64,000 nucleotides of DNA from the NCBI RefSeq assembly GCF_001194135.2, contig NC_068987.1:3695408-3759407 (forward strand), in the 5' to 3' direction. Both the position numbers and the translations under genes were made by a program. The notes below the pieces were generated by a model. It was not told where the DNA came from and ran no database searches. It saw nothing but the letters and a program-made list of their open reading frames with translations. Every line of letters starts with the position of its first letter. Position 1 is the stretch's first letter. Below, piece by piece: positions 48,069-63,495 of this stretch. The DNA comes from Octopus bimaculoides (Eukaryota).

Positions 48069-51000
48069 GTACATCTTGGTAGTGTTTATAGCACATCCCT
48101 TTATATATATCTGTCAATGACTCACCAGCTTACCATATGCATAATGCTACTTCATGGTTTCTTATCTTCTGGAAATACTCATTGAAGCACTACAAACAGA
48201 AATATCACTTTTTTTCTCTCTTTGCAAAGAAGAAAGTTTTATTTTACCATTGGGAAAATTATTCACAAGTCTTGCCAAAAAAAAGTGAAAGGATTAAAAT
48301 ATTACGCAAAAATACCCTCAATAGTTTTTTTTTTATATTTAATGACAGGTAACTTCAGCTTCAATTGAATTATCAATATATTTTTAATAAATTTTTATTC
48401 ATGTAGCAGTTAATAATCAACATCAATATTTCACATTTTTTTTGTGTGTGTATGAATAACTCTGTAATGGTGTGTGGCCTGGTGGTTAGTGTGTTACACT
48501 CGCAATTGCAAGAAAGTGGTTTCAATTCCTGGATTGGGTGGTGTGTTCTTGAGCAAAGCACTTAATTTCACCTTGCCCTGTAAATGAGTGTGACGGTGGA
48601 CTGGCATCCAATGCAGAGGTGATTGTTGTGATCTTGGTCACTTATGCTTCGTGGAAACCAGGCAACCGGCACAATGATTCCTAGGCTTCAAGACAATACT
48701 TTGCAATTTTTCTTTTGACTGTGAGCGAATCTCTGATATTGTATTTATTTTTAAATATGTAATGTCTGTCTGTAAACTTGTGGACATTGGATGACAACAT
48801 TTCTCATTAGAACAAGTTACTGTGGAATCTCTGTTTGTCACCCAAAATGTTTGTGAACGAAAACTATTTTTCCCATAGGAAATTCAAGTCAAGACCTGGT
48901 GAATGTGCACAGGGATGTGCCCTGAGCGATAGCTAAACACCAACCGATGCTCTCTTGCTGATAACTCCCAGCCTGTTACCAACCATTGTTGCCGACTTAC
49001 ATCTTCATTACTCAAGATACCTTTCATCACCTGATACATTTTATATGTTTGAAAAACTGTTTGTAAACTGAGGTTCCTCTGTTATATGGTTTAAGAAACT
49101 GCAAGTGCCACTTTACCATAAAAAAAACTGGACATTATATTCTGCTTAAGAAATCATGTTTTATTTTTATATTGCTTATCAAAATTATAAATGCCAGGGG
49201 GAAAGTTTCTTTCAACTCCTCTAACCTCAATTCAATGATTTTACTGTGTGAGTGTGCAGTTTACTTGAGATCTAAGCCTGTATTTGTTACCCTAAATACA
49301 AATAACTGTGCTTGTTACCAATTCAAATAATATTTTCATTAATTGTCTTCATTTTGGGGTGAATTTTGGAAGCATCTTTTTAGTGTATCTTGGATGAAAT
49401 ATTACTGGTGCTTTTCATCTTTTCATTAAGCCAAATAAGAATTTTTGCTCAGCACTGCAAGCTAATGAAACAGTCTTTGAACATACCTAGTGGGTTGGGG
49501 GTCGGGTTTAAACCCTTTGCTTGTTCTGTGCATCACATATGATACCCAGGACATCCATGTATCCCTATCATCCGTGTATCATGTGTAATACACATTCCCA
49601 ATTTCTTTTTAGTCACAAGAGTAAGTTGGGAGTTGTGAAAGGAATGTTTTATGTTACTCAGAATGTATGAAACGAGGACTCACTAAAAGTCTGAAAACAA
49701 GCTTGGACGTTTAGGGCTAACTTATGCTTTGGACAGGCAAAGGTTCAGTTTATTTTTAAAAGTTCAATCTAGACGTGTGGGCAGCATCCATGACTATCAG
49801 AGAATCCCTTGAGATTGATGACATCGGTGTAGTTGATGTTGAGCTTGGACATCTGTAAGCCAACATCTGCTGCACAAATGTGAACTGGAATGGAATTCCA
49901 GAAGGTTAAGGATTGAGAAGAGTGGTTAACGTGTGTGTGTGTGTTTGGAAAGGAGAGGTGGGGTGTCTGCTGGAGTTTGGGGTGGAAATGGTATGAGACT
50001 TGGTAGTTTTTAAAAGCAAAAGTGATTATAATGATGGTAGAATAGGCAGTGTAAGGACATCACATGTCTTAATTAAAGGTTCTAGCACATTTAATGTATT
50101 CTTCCTTTTTCTTAAGATGAGAGCAGGTAATTTTAAGGAAATGTTTCCACTGCTAGGCTCAGAATGAAATTAATGGAATGGGTTAAATTAGTTGTTTTAC
50201 CCGACATTTATCCTGATTGAGACAGTGTCTGGCCAAGTGGTGACCATTTTGCCTTATATATATATATATATATATATAACACCTCATTGTCTGAGGGTAT
50301 AAATTTGGCGAAAATTGGCTGCTATTTCTAGCACTGTATGCAATTACATAAAAGTTTTTTCAATGGTTGTGTGCAGTCAGCTGTGTACACACTGAAAGGT
50401 CAATTTTATACACACAATTCTCTGAGAGTGAAGGCAGGTGGCCTAGTAGTTAGGGTGTTACAATTACAATCATGAAATCTTGGTTTCAATCCCCAGGCTG
50501 GACAGTGCTTTGTGTTTTTGAGTAAAAGACTTATTGTTCCAGTAACAGCTGGGAAGTTAATCCTGTGACAGACTGGCATCCTGATCAGGGGAAGGAGTAT
50601 TATAATCTCATTCACAATGGAAACCAGGTGAAGCCCTACCATTACATGTCAACAGATACATCTTGATGTTGTATCCCATCTTAAAGATGGTTGTGAAAAA
50701 TTATCAAATTAACCCTTTCGTTACAGTATTTATTTTGAGATGCTTTGTGTTTCTTTCAATTAATTTTTAATATAACAAAGAATTTAGTAAAATAACTTGG
50801 TTATCATTAAGCTAGTGTTAGGAACACAAATTGTGACTAAGGTTTGGTGGAAGATTTTAATTCAAATCATATGAAAACATTCAAATTGTCCTTCTTGCTT
50901 TCTTTTCTTCTCTTCTTTTTCCTCTATTGCACCTCAATCTCTCTCTCTCTCTCTTTCTTGCTCATCTTAATTTTTCTTTTCCTCCTCCCTGTCTGGTCTG

Positions 51001-51071
51001 AATATTTTGTTTTGGGACTTTCCTCTCTGCTGCTCAATATCACCCACTCAGTTACATACCAATCACTACTT

Positions 51072-51115
<44 letters not shown>

Positions 51116-53154
51116 AATACACACACACACATATATAGTATGGGTGAGTGGAGAAACAAAGCCTAGCTTGTCAGGCTAGATTTTGTTGACCACTCACCCA
51201 TACAATATTTCAAAAATGGGCACTGTTAATTGAAGAGTTAACTTTGTTAAATCAAACTGCTCAAAATAATAACCAATAGGATTTCTCCGTCCATGCTGTA
51301 ACAGGCTTAGCAATTATGATTGTAATTTTCCAATACATTAAAATTAACAAAACTTTGTAACAAATGTGTGTATATATATAGAGGGAGAGAGACCCATGCA
51401 AGCATGGAAAAGTAGATGTTATAATGAGGACATATATGTGTTAGACACTCATACACATATCTGATGTATGCTATCACAGTTAATACAAGGGAGATAATCA
51501 TTTCTTCATAACATTTGGTGGGATTAGTAGCTTGAAGTTGAAATTAAGGAAATAAGGAGAAAAAAAATGCAAGATCATATTATCCTATTATTGTTTTCAC
51601 ATATTAATAATGATAGCGGTATGAAATTCGGGACTGAAATCCCGCCCATTTCAAACACATTTTCTTTATTAAACATTACAGGGGTTGTACTGATATCATT
51701 ATTATTCTTGGATTCCATTTATTTATTCTGATTTTGTAGTGATTTACTGCTTTAGTAAGCTGTCTTTATTCTGCTTGCTCTCACCAATAATTTCTACAAT
51801 AATTTGTTTCCAGTCATTGTTTTTCTTTTTTTTCAAAAATCTAGAATAATTTTGATTTAGCTTAAGAGAGTCACTATGCCAGTGATAAACACACGCACGT
51901 GCTGGCTCTATTTCACTTTATTATTTATTAGTCAATTGATTAATTGGTTAATCGATTAATCAAGACACACAGACAGACCTAAAGCTGGCCTGGATTAGAG
52001 AGGACATGTCATTAAAAACAGCAGGGAAAAGACCTTAATAGACTATTTCACTGAACAATTAGTCAGACAGTTGATTACTTAACTGTTTAAATAGTTAACT
52101 GATTAATGAAAAATACTAAAGGAAGTGAAACCAGTGCATGTGCTTATTATTGGCATAATGACCCTCCCAAGATACAGCAAAATTTGTTTCTTCAAATGAG
52201 TTCACGTTATGAATCTTGCAAACCAAATACAAAAACAAAATATTGTAGAATAATTATTGAGTATTTTTTATCTGAAAATGTCACTGATGGGTTTTGATAA
52301 ACATCGTCACTTTAATTAATTCAAATATGTAAATATATAAGTTTTTTATTTATTCACAAGTACATTCATTGTGAGGTTTCATAAATTATTACAGTAACTA
52401 ATAACGATGTATAAAAATGTTTTTTTTAATTAAATTAAATTTTGTTTATCTGTTTTTGATCATCTTTGTTTAAGCATGAACTGAAGAATTTAATGAGTGT
52501 GTTTTTTTCTTTTTTTGGTGTCAACATTTTGTAATAAATTCACGATTCTCTTCACATTAAATGAAAATGGTAAAACGGACAGAATGAAATGTGTTGCCTT
52601 CAGTTCAGTTATTGGTGCTAAATTCTTTAAAACTCTTTTTGATATCATTAAAAGGAAATTGTGCCTCCTTCGACATTTTTATATAATTTTTTTTATACAT
52701 ATATATATATATTATAGTAAAAATAAAATTTTCTTAATATATATCTGTAATTTTCTCTTGTGATTTTTCCTTTTGGTTGTTATTTAATCCATGTTATCCC
52801 TTATCAAACAGACCTGTGGTCAAAGACATTCCAGTCATGATCATTCTGACTTTTCTTTCCACACTTGTTCTTGAAAACTTACATATCATCATCATCATCA
52901 TTTCATCTCCATGTTCCATGCTGGTAAGGGGTTGGATGGTTTCACAGGATCCAATGGGCCCAAGGACAGCATCGGTTCCAGCGTCTGCTTTGGAATGGTT
53001 TCTACAACTGGATCCAGTCCTGTATTTTTGTAAGTTGAATGAAGTTTGATAATTTATCTTAAGTTTAAGATATTACAACCTTTCAAGTAAAAATACTAAT
53101 CATAAAATAAGACCTAGGAAAATATGATTCCACCCTTCTTTCTAAATGTTAAAA

Positions 53155-53730
53155 CTAACATAGGCAAGAAATTCCTGCCTCTTTTAGATAAGCATTTCCC
53201 AGTAAACCATAAGTACAGGAATATTTTTTTTAACAGATGCTCAATTAAAATGTGATACATCTGCTACTCTATAAAGAACATTATAACTTGCAAACCTCAC
53301 CAAGAGCCCACTCCTAGGTGAAACTGTCAAGAGCCTGAAGCTTGTCCACTTGACCAGGTATGTATGGTAAACTTTGTCTATGAGGCAGAGGTTACAGCAA
53401 TACTTCAAGATAACCTAACAGTAAAGAAAAGTTACCTCTGGTTATGCAAAGGCATTTTCAAACGATATGCAAACCATCTTCTTTCCTGGACAATGACAAA
53501 AGAAAAGCCTCATCTGTGGTTTAAAGATCAACTGCATACCTCATGCAATCAAGTGGAAAATCAGAGAGAAATCTATGCCATATGTAATGGATCTAAGAAA
53601 TGCAAATTACACATTGCTGAAAGATCGTACATACTTTTTAGATCTAAGAATTCCACTGCACCACTTAATTTGAGATCTGAAATTTTCAGCAAATGCAAGC
53701 ATATGGACAAATTTCTTTTGGAGAATGCCA
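53155..53730 (+). mobile_element. Penelope-like element remnant, GIY-YIG endonuclease region
   Basis: ORF 53364-53915 (preceded by CPLDQVC): FVYEAEVT...KKSYLWLCKGIFKRYANH...NGSKKCKLHIAERSYIL...LNLRSEIFSKCKHMDKFLL, matching the PLE pattern 'CPL...IVYxAxV...YIG...FKxRYxNH...GSKxCxLC..EK..I...LNKRSExxSKCRH..KF'. Confidence 0.8.
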
Positions 53731-56055
53731 TGCTCTCCAGACTGAGCAGCTGTCTCACAGACTTTGACCCCGTCTTTGTTGAATTTTATGGTCGAAGGGG
53801 ACATAACTCTAATTTTTTCTTTCCATTTTATTCACCCTTCCACATTTTGCACCAACTTTCTCTTCACTTTTTTTCTCCTGATTTTTCATATACCAGCACC
53901 CTGATTTTCAAATAGAATAGACCATGTGCAGAGAACCTAAAGATTGCTTGGAGACACAGGGCATGTTATTAAAAACCTACTTAAACACATGTCGCCAAAA
54001 CAAGAAACTATTATCGCTATACTATATACATTAAATGTGTGTGTGTGTGTGTGTCACACTCATCCTTGCATACATATGGGTTTATATAAATATTGGGTTT
54101 GTGTGTATTTATGTGTGCATCTGTTGTGTGTTATGTCCCTTTAAATTGAAAGGTAGTGTTTAGTTCATACAATTCGCAGACACTTTTTTTTTATTTATAT
54201 GCTTCATTAAATAATTCCATCACTGGTCAAATAACTGCTACGTAATGTAATTGGTGCAGGGATAATGAAAACTATTTCTTGAAAAAGAAAATCTTGCAAA
54301 ACTAAAATAAATCAACAAACATAAATAAAATAAAAAATACAATTTCATTAAATATAATAATTATATATATTTGGTGTGAATTACTTGTCAAAGACATTCT
54401 GTGAGTGATTTTACAAAAAACACGAAAAACTTCCAACCCTTATTTGGAATTTTTGATGTTCATAATTTTTTGGGTTNNNNNNNNNNNNNNNNNNNNNNNN
54501 NNNNNNNNNNNNNNNNNNNNNNNNNNNNNNNNNNNNNNNNNNNNNNNNNNNNNNNNNNNNNNNNNNNNNNNNNNNNNNNNNNNNNNNNNNNNNNNNNNNN
54601 NNNNNNNNNNNNNNNNNNNNNNNNNNNNNNNNNNNNNNNNNNNNNNNNNNNNNNNNNNNNNNNNNNNNNNNNNNNGAAAAACTTCCAACCCTTATTTGGA
54701 ATTTTTGATGTTCATAATTTTTTGGGTTTTGAACATAATCTAAAACGAATCAATAGATGAGTCAAGATCTGCTATGAAACCACGTCTGCGGCCAATTCAC
54801 AGTTTTTGTGCACAAAAATGTTGGCATCAAATAATAAATGTTTAAGTTAAGAGCTTTTTGTGTGATTTTGACTGGCTAATACAAGTGTCCTCCACTCAGC
54901 AATTGTTGTAGGTTCAACACAAAATCTCAGATCAAATCATTTGCCTGATAAGTACATCTCAAAAATTAGAATGAATGTAAAATTGGTAATAACATTCCGA
55001 TTGTGTTTGAGCAGTTTACACAAGCAATGGTATTAAAAATGATCTGAGATTATATCAAATCAATCTTGTTTGTGGAAAAAGGATTCACTAAAGGGATAAT
55101 CAAAGACAGAGGTATGTAAAATGGTGAATTATGAATCTGTTCAACTGAGGCCAGCATGAGGAAATGCATAAAATACACTGTCTCTTTGTCATGCTTTCAC
55201 TAGTGCTGGTGCCTTGGGAAAAAAAAAAAAAAAAAACACCCAGTGCACGCCGTAAAGTGGTTGGTGTTAGGGAAGGGCTTCTAACTATAGAAATAATGCC
55301 AAAACAGACAAGTGGGGTTTGGTGCCGTCCTCTAGCTTTTTAGGTCCTACTGAACCATCCAACTCATGCCAGCATGGAAAAACATGTTAAATGGCGATGA
55401 CGACGATGATTTTGGTGCTGACGTTAGAAATGAGGAAAAATTACAGAATGATTGTGATTAATTTAAATCTCTTGACATTTTAAAATGTAACGTAATGATA
55501 ATTTAAAAGACATAAAACATTGACAACCAAAACTTTAAATGTCTTCATTAATGTTTAAGAATTAAAAATTAATTAAAAATGCATATAATAAATGTCATCA
55601 GTTTCTCGACTATACATTCGTCTCAACACCCAAGGGTTAGTTAAAAAGTATACAACAATTTTACTCATAAATGTATATATATATATATATCATTATTATT
55701 ATTTGTACAAATTCAAATACCTTTATATATACATACACACACAAATATATATATATATTTAAACAAAGTTAAAATAATTTAGGCTTCTCATATAATTACA
55801 CACTTTTTCAGAAGCTACTTGAGTTATTATGTAGAGTGAATAATTCGTAATGTTAAAAATCAAAACGGTAAATTGATGCCAGTGGATGGTTGAATCTTCA
55901 ACTTTAGAAATGTTAAACTCTTTGAAAACAGACATAATTCAATTAGTAATTTTTACAATCAAATATGCAAAACCAGATTTCATACAGTTCTGTTATATAA
56001 CTTCATATTAAAACTTGTTTCAATGGTCATTTCATTGTCACTATTAATGGTAAAT

Positions 56056-56205
<150 letters not shown>

Positions 56206-57052
56206 TTAAGACTGAATAATATTTTAAATTACATAAAGTAGTACATAGGCGTGGGCCTTGTGGTAAGAAATTTGCTTCCTGACTACATGGTTCTGGGTTC
56301 AGTCCCACTACATGGCACTTTTGGCAAGTGTCTACTATTACAGCCTTGGGCTGACCCTTCACCAAAAGTGAATCACAAAAGAATAGCCACTGAAAACACA
56401 ATAACAGTGGTGGCACTCCAGCATGGCCACAGCTTTTGGGAAATGCATAAGAGAATTAGAATATTTAACCTTAATTTTTTTTTTTTAATATTTAACATTT
56501 TAATTGACTCTTTTGATACTTAATTAATATATTTAAATTTATTTTCTTTTAACACTTAAAATTTTTTGTTTAATCTTTTTGATACTAATCTTTAATTCTA
56601 TGATACAAAATTACCCGTTTTAAACTAATCTTAATTAAAACTTTCTTCCATTAAAATTTTATGTTAATTTATGTTCCAAGCACCAGTTTAATAACGACAA
56701 AGTTATTTAACTAAATTCTTTATTATTTTCAAAACCTAATTAAAATAAAACCAATGCGTTTCAACAGAAATATGGTAACAAAAAGTTAAATATTTAAATA
56801 TTTAGAATATTTTTAAAAATTTTTTAATTTTTATTTATTTTATATTATAAGATTCTATCATATTAAGCTGATAAGAGAGACCCTCAGCCACCAGCAGAGA
56901 TAGAATGTTGGAGCCATTCCAGGTAAGATTTCCATGTCAGCAGAATTAAACACAACTTTATAAATTTCCAAACTATTGTACTACCATTAATTGCAGAAGG
57001 AACTATTCTGTTGGAACTAACTGGACTTCATCATTGAGAGATAAAGAGAGGC

Positions 57053-57649
<597 letters not shown>

Positions 57650-57660
57650 TTACTTGATTT

Positions 57661-57888
57661 TTAACCCTTTTGTTACCGTATTTCTGTAGATATGCTCTGT
57701 GTTTCTTTCAATTAATTTTAAATATAACAAAGAATTTAGAAAATAACTTAGTTATCATTAAGCTAGTGTTAGGAACATAAATTGTGACTAAGGTTTGGTG
57801 GAAGATTTTCATTCAAAACTTATGAAAACAAGACATTTGTACTCAGAGCCAGAGGCAGTTTCAGCCGGATTGGTAACGAAAGGGTTTA
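57661..57888. mobile_element. piggyBac-type MITE family C, just upstream of a ZCCHC24 3' splice site
   Basis: TTAACCCTTTTGTTAC...GTAACGAAAGGG termini. Ends about 30 nt from the acceptor of exon 57467-57631. Confidence 0.85.
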
Positions 57889-57904
57889 GGTCTTATACAA
57901 TTGC

Positions 57905-58560
57905 CATGTGATCCCCATGCTGGTAGCACGTAAAAAGCACCATCCGAATGTGGCTGATACCAGCGCTGCCTTGATTGGCTTCCATGCTGATGGCGCGTAA
58001 AAAGCACCAACTGTTCGTGGTCGTTGCCAGCCCCCTGTGGCCCCTGTGCCAGAAGCATGTAAAAAGCACCCACTACACTCTCGGAGTGGTTGGCATTAGG
58101 AAAGGCATCCAGCTGTAGAAACACTGCCAGATCAGNNNNNNNNNNATGAAAACAAGACATTTGTACTCAGAGCCAGAGGCAGTTTCAGCCGGATTGGTAA
58201 CGAAAGGGTTTAGGTCTTATACAATTGCCATGTGATCCCCATGCTGGTAGCACGTAAAAAGCACCATCCGAATGTGGCTGATACCAGCGCTGCCTTGATT
58301 GGCTTCCATGCTGATGGCGCGTAAAAAGCACCAACTGTTCGTGGTCGTTGCCAGCCCCCTGTGGCCCCTGTGCCAGAAGCATGTAAAAAGCACCCACTAC
58401 ACTCTCGGAGTGGTTGGCATTAGGAAAGGCATCCAGCTGTAGAAACACTGCCAGATCAGATTGGAGCCTGGTGCAGCCTCCTGGCTTCCCAGATCCCAGT
58501 CAAACCATCCAACCTATACCAGCTTGGAAACAGACATTAAACGATGATGATGATGATGAT
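57905..58560 (+). mobile_element. Repeat family B with three 5' modules (apparently doubled by an assembly overlap)
   Basis: Modules end 'gtaaaaagcacc'. Bases 57822-58135 are repeated at 58146-58459 across a 10-N gap. Confidence 0.8.
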
Positions 58561-59074
58561 GATATACATATAATTTCTTGTAGCTGTCTTTCTATGATAT
58601 ATTCTCTATTGTATGTATTTCTATTCCATCCGATGATATCTCTCTTGACTACAGTTATCATCAATGTCTTTATATAATAGGCTTGCTCTATGATCAATCT
58701 CTGAAGGTCATATTTGATAGTTAATCAATATTTTCCACTTAGGCTTTCTCCATATTTCTATTATACTACATCTTCTGATCAATAGTGGCGTTAGTTACAG
58801 GTTTCCAAAAGAAAAACTAATAATGATGGCAATGATAATCTATATTTATATAAAATCCTTTGTATCCCTGTCTGTTCCCGATGCATTCTCAAATGGCTCA
58901 ATGAAATCAAATCAAATTTTACATGGTAATACTACCACACCGTAAGAGTGCCAACCTGTNNNNNNNNNNATATATATATATGATTTGATTTGATCTAGTT
59001 TCAGCTCATGAGCGGTGACCATGCTGGGGCACCACCATTTGGTGTTGCTACATAATTCTACTTCACTAATTCTT

Positions 59075-59730
59075 GTTAGAAATTGACATTTGGTGCATGA
59101 GGGAGTTTAATGCCATTGTCCTCATCTGCACTTCCTGCTGTGAAATTGGTTCATCTGCGATACTTGACAATAAGAGGTTTAGTTTCGTTTTGAAAACACT
59201 TCTACTCCATGCAGGTCTTTCAGGTCCTTTGGGAGGATATTGTAGAGCTGCAGTTCCCTAAAGCCCAGGCTGTTGCAGTATCTTGTCCTATATCTTGATG
59301 GCAAATTTGGAGTCCTTGGCACTATGCAGTGGTGCCCTGTTCTAGTATTAGTGCAACTCTCAATGCCAAAGTTTTGATCAAGTCCCTCCATAATCTTTCA
59401 GATGTATATTATGCCTGTGCTCTAAGGAATAGAGTCTTAATCTCTTGAGTCTTTCCCAGTAGCTTATATGCTGCATAGAGGCTATCGTATTTGTGTAGCT
59501 TCATTGGATTGCCTCAAGTTCTGCAATTAATTTTCCACTGGTTGGTGATCATAGCTGGGAGCAATAGTCAAAGTGGCTTAGGACAAGTGTCCTCCAGAGG
59601 ACCATCATGGTTTCCCAATCTCTTGTTCTAAAAGTTCTAAGAATCCATCCGGTCAGCTGCCTGCATGAGATATATCACTTCCACATTTGAGTGGTTGAGC
59701 AGCTGTTTCAACACCCAAAAGAGTACATAT
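59075..59730 (-). mobile_element. CR1-like LINE 3' fragment
   Basis: ORF 59179-59391 'EGLDQNFGIES...RTGHHCIVP...YRTRYCNSLGFRELQLYNILPKDLKDLHGV..F' is typical of the CR1-clade ORF2 C-terminus. Disrupted by stops. Confidence 0.7.
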
Positions 59731-59817
59731 NNNNNNNNNNNNNNNNNNNNNNNNNNNNNNNNNNNNNNNNNNNNNNNNNNNNNNNNNNNNNNNNNNNNNN
59801 NNNNNNNNNNNNNNNNN

Positions 59818-59864
<47 letters not shown>

Positions 59865-60032
59865 CATATATATACATACATACATACCCAAAAGAGACCG
59901 ATAGAATAAGTACTAGGCTTACAAAAAATAAATCCTGGGATCGATTTGTTCGACTAAAGGTGGTGCTCCAGCATGGCTGCAGTCACATGACTGAAACGAA
60001 GTAAAACAATAAAAAAACTATGTCATTTTAAT

Positions 60033-60060
60033 CCTGAGCAACGCCAGGTGTCTCTGCTAG
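60033..60060 (+). mobile_element. Helitron-like 3' terminus
   Basis: Hairpin CCTG-AGCAACGC-CAGG followed by CTAG and then T. The 5' end could not be identified. Confidence 0.55.
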
Positions 60061-60109
60061 TTTGAAATAATAGATAATAATAATAATATCTACAACAACA
60101 ACAACAATA

Positions 60110-60991
<882 letters not shown>

Positions 60992-61364
60992 TTACAAAGC
61001 AAGATTAACCTTTTGAAAACGCCTCTTTCTAGCACTGAAGATATTGGTAATATGGGCAGTTGTCAAAAGCACTCACCATCTATAACTCTCTCTTCCTTTA
61101 CTCAATCATCCCATTTATATTCTGACCACTGTCCCTTATCAGTATGCCTGGTATTTTGCCATCATCTCTATCCTGCTGTCTCCCACTCTCTCTCCCCTTC
61201 TACACTTCCCTCAGGTTGGGTAACCGTGTATTTCTTTTGCAGTAGCAAACCTATTTCTTTCTTCATTCCTGATCTCTCTCACTCTGACCAGGTAACTTTG
61301 TACTTCCTCTAGAGAAAGACACCTGTATCTGTCTCACTATAACCTTTCCATTATCATCTCTTTA

Positions 61365-61730
61365 TTGTTTACATGTTCGAGTCATTGGACAACGGCCCTA
61401 CTGGAACACTGGGTTGACCTCAGTACTAATTTCTTTTTTTAAAAGTCTCATATTTATTCTATTGGTCTGCTTTATTGGCCCCCTAAAATTACAGTGGTGT
61501 AAACAAACCAACACCATTTGTCAAGCAATGCTGACAAGACAAACCCAACCACAAAGGCAAGCACACACACATACATATCAAGCTTCCACGCAGTTTCCAT
61601 CTACCAAATCCATTCACAAGGCATTGATCGACCAAGGGCTATAGTAGAAGACACTTTCCCAAGGTGCCTTGCCATGGGACTGAACCCAGAACCACACAGT
61701 TGCAAAGCAAGCTTCTTAAACACACAGCCA
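61365..61730 (-). mobile_element. SINE family A (reverse)
   Basis: Reverse complement of the core and head. A further head fragment lies at about 61990-62105. Confidence 0.75.
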
Positions 61731-63373
61731 GGTCTACTCTCATAAAGTTCTTTTGATTACAAATTTATCTGAAGACTCGAATGTTCGACCTTTTTGGAGT
61801 AGACAGCTATGCCAGGTGGTGTTCCTTTCTTGGCAGTTTTCAGTTGCTGGAAATGACCCTGGCAAGAAAAGAAATACTTTTCATTAATTACAGTTTCTCT
61901 TTCGTTGTTTGTACAATTTTTCATGGAAAAAAAACATAGCTTTATAATGTTTTATAAATGTGTGTGTGTGTATACTTCTAGTATAGGATTGATTCGTTAG
62001 CCCAAGGCTATAGTACAAAATACTTGCCAAAGGTGCCACACAGTGTAACTAAACCCGAAACCACGTAGTTGCAAAGCAAGCTTCTTAACCATACGGCCAT
62101 GTCTGTGCCGAAGCCTTCTTAAGATGTTTGTTTGCGTTTATTCATAAATAAACAGTCAAAATGTAGATATATTTCCTTAGATGTTTAACGTTCGTTTCCT
62201 TTGTGGAGGAAGACGAGATTAATGCGAGTGTTTAGTTAATGCATGTGAACTGCAGACTAATCTATGTCCGTCGATACTCAGAGATCAAAAGATGGATACA
62301 GATCTCATTTGATACAACTGCGATTGTCTCTGAATGGCAGTCTGAAAATTCAGATGCCTTCCTCTTAAATGGGACAAAATAGAAAAATGCTGAAGTGTAT
62401 ACTTCCTGGTGAAAATGCGATAATAAACAACTTGGCTAAATTAATGTAACCTAAATCATACGTTTATAGTCTGTAAATACTTGCTGTTCTTATCCAGTTC
62501 CATTTGAAGACGTACATGTTGCATATTGTGGTTTAAGACGTACATGTTGCATAATGTGTCCTGCTAACTAATGGAAACACTAGGCATGTTTGGAGTTGGT
62601 ATGAGTCAACTTCCAAATAGTTGATTGTACAAGAGGAGTTGTAACTCCATCTGGCATTTCTACAGATGTATTCCACCATCCCACTTGGTTTCCTTATAAC
62701 TTTTTGGAAAATAGATACTTTTTTGCATAAAATTCTCGAGAAATAGGTTTCTGTTGCTGTAGACTACGATTAAATAGGATTTGATGTGAAAAGAAAAATT
62801 GGTGGATGGTATTGGATTATTCACCGTCTTCATCAAAATACAGGAAGAAAATAAAGTCAAGGTGTGTGAATCATCGACCCAATCCCATTTTATTTCCACA
62901 TTAAACTTAGACATAATCGTTATACACACTATCTGAAATGAATTTGCAGAAAATTTTATTTGAAAATAAAATTTTTTTTTAGAAAGTTAAGGCGAAAAAA
63001 AAATCGAAGTAAGTTGTTTATCTGCAATTCCTCTCCCCATACACTGAATTTCTTTTTTCACCACAAATCCCGATATAATCCTAATCAAATGCATCTTCGT
63101 AAAATTTCATTAAAGAATATGCGTTTTTCGGAAAGCTATGAGGAAACAAAAGTCTTGGGGGTGGAAGAGAGGTAAAGGTAAATGAAACCTGTGAGAGAAA
63201 GGGAAGGAGGGAAGGAAAAGGTAAAACGTTCAGAGTGAAAATGAGAAGTAAATTTAAGCAAAATGAGAGAGAGAGACGGAGAGGACATCTTTGACGTTAA
63301 TGTGTCGGTATTTAATCTCATTGTATAATCTCTGTTCTTGATGTATATATCAGTAAATAACAAGAAAGCCATG

Positions 63374-63495
63374 CAGTTCTATATTTAAGAGATGAGGAAT
63401 TACGTACATTATTTACATTTGATGGATATTTGTCCTCGTTTGTTGTTAACAACAAACAAGATGAGGGCAAATATCCGTCAAATGTAAATAATGTA
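63374..63495. mobile_element. Fold-back of family F tail with 12-bp TSD
   Basis: Inverted arms centred on GTTGTTAACAAC. Flanks are AAGAAAGCCATG (63362-63373) and AAGAAAGTCATG (63496-63507). Confidence 0.8.

Noticed and set aside
54425-54730. ~52-bp direct repeat flanking a gap
   Set aside because: Identical sequence on both sides of an N-run; likely a contig-end overlap.
55400-56055. Pumilio-like TGTATATA motifs in the ZCCHC24 3' region
   Set aside because: They arise from (TA)n microsatellites and are expected by chance.
57905-58075. CRISPR-like repeat-spacer appearance
   Set aside because: Eukaryotic context, short degenerate repeats, related spacers, no cas genes; it is part of a dispersed repeat family.
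57822-58459. 314-bp perfect tandem duplication
   Set aside because: The two identical copies are separated by a 10-N gap, which is typical of unmerged contig overlap and probably an assembly artefact.
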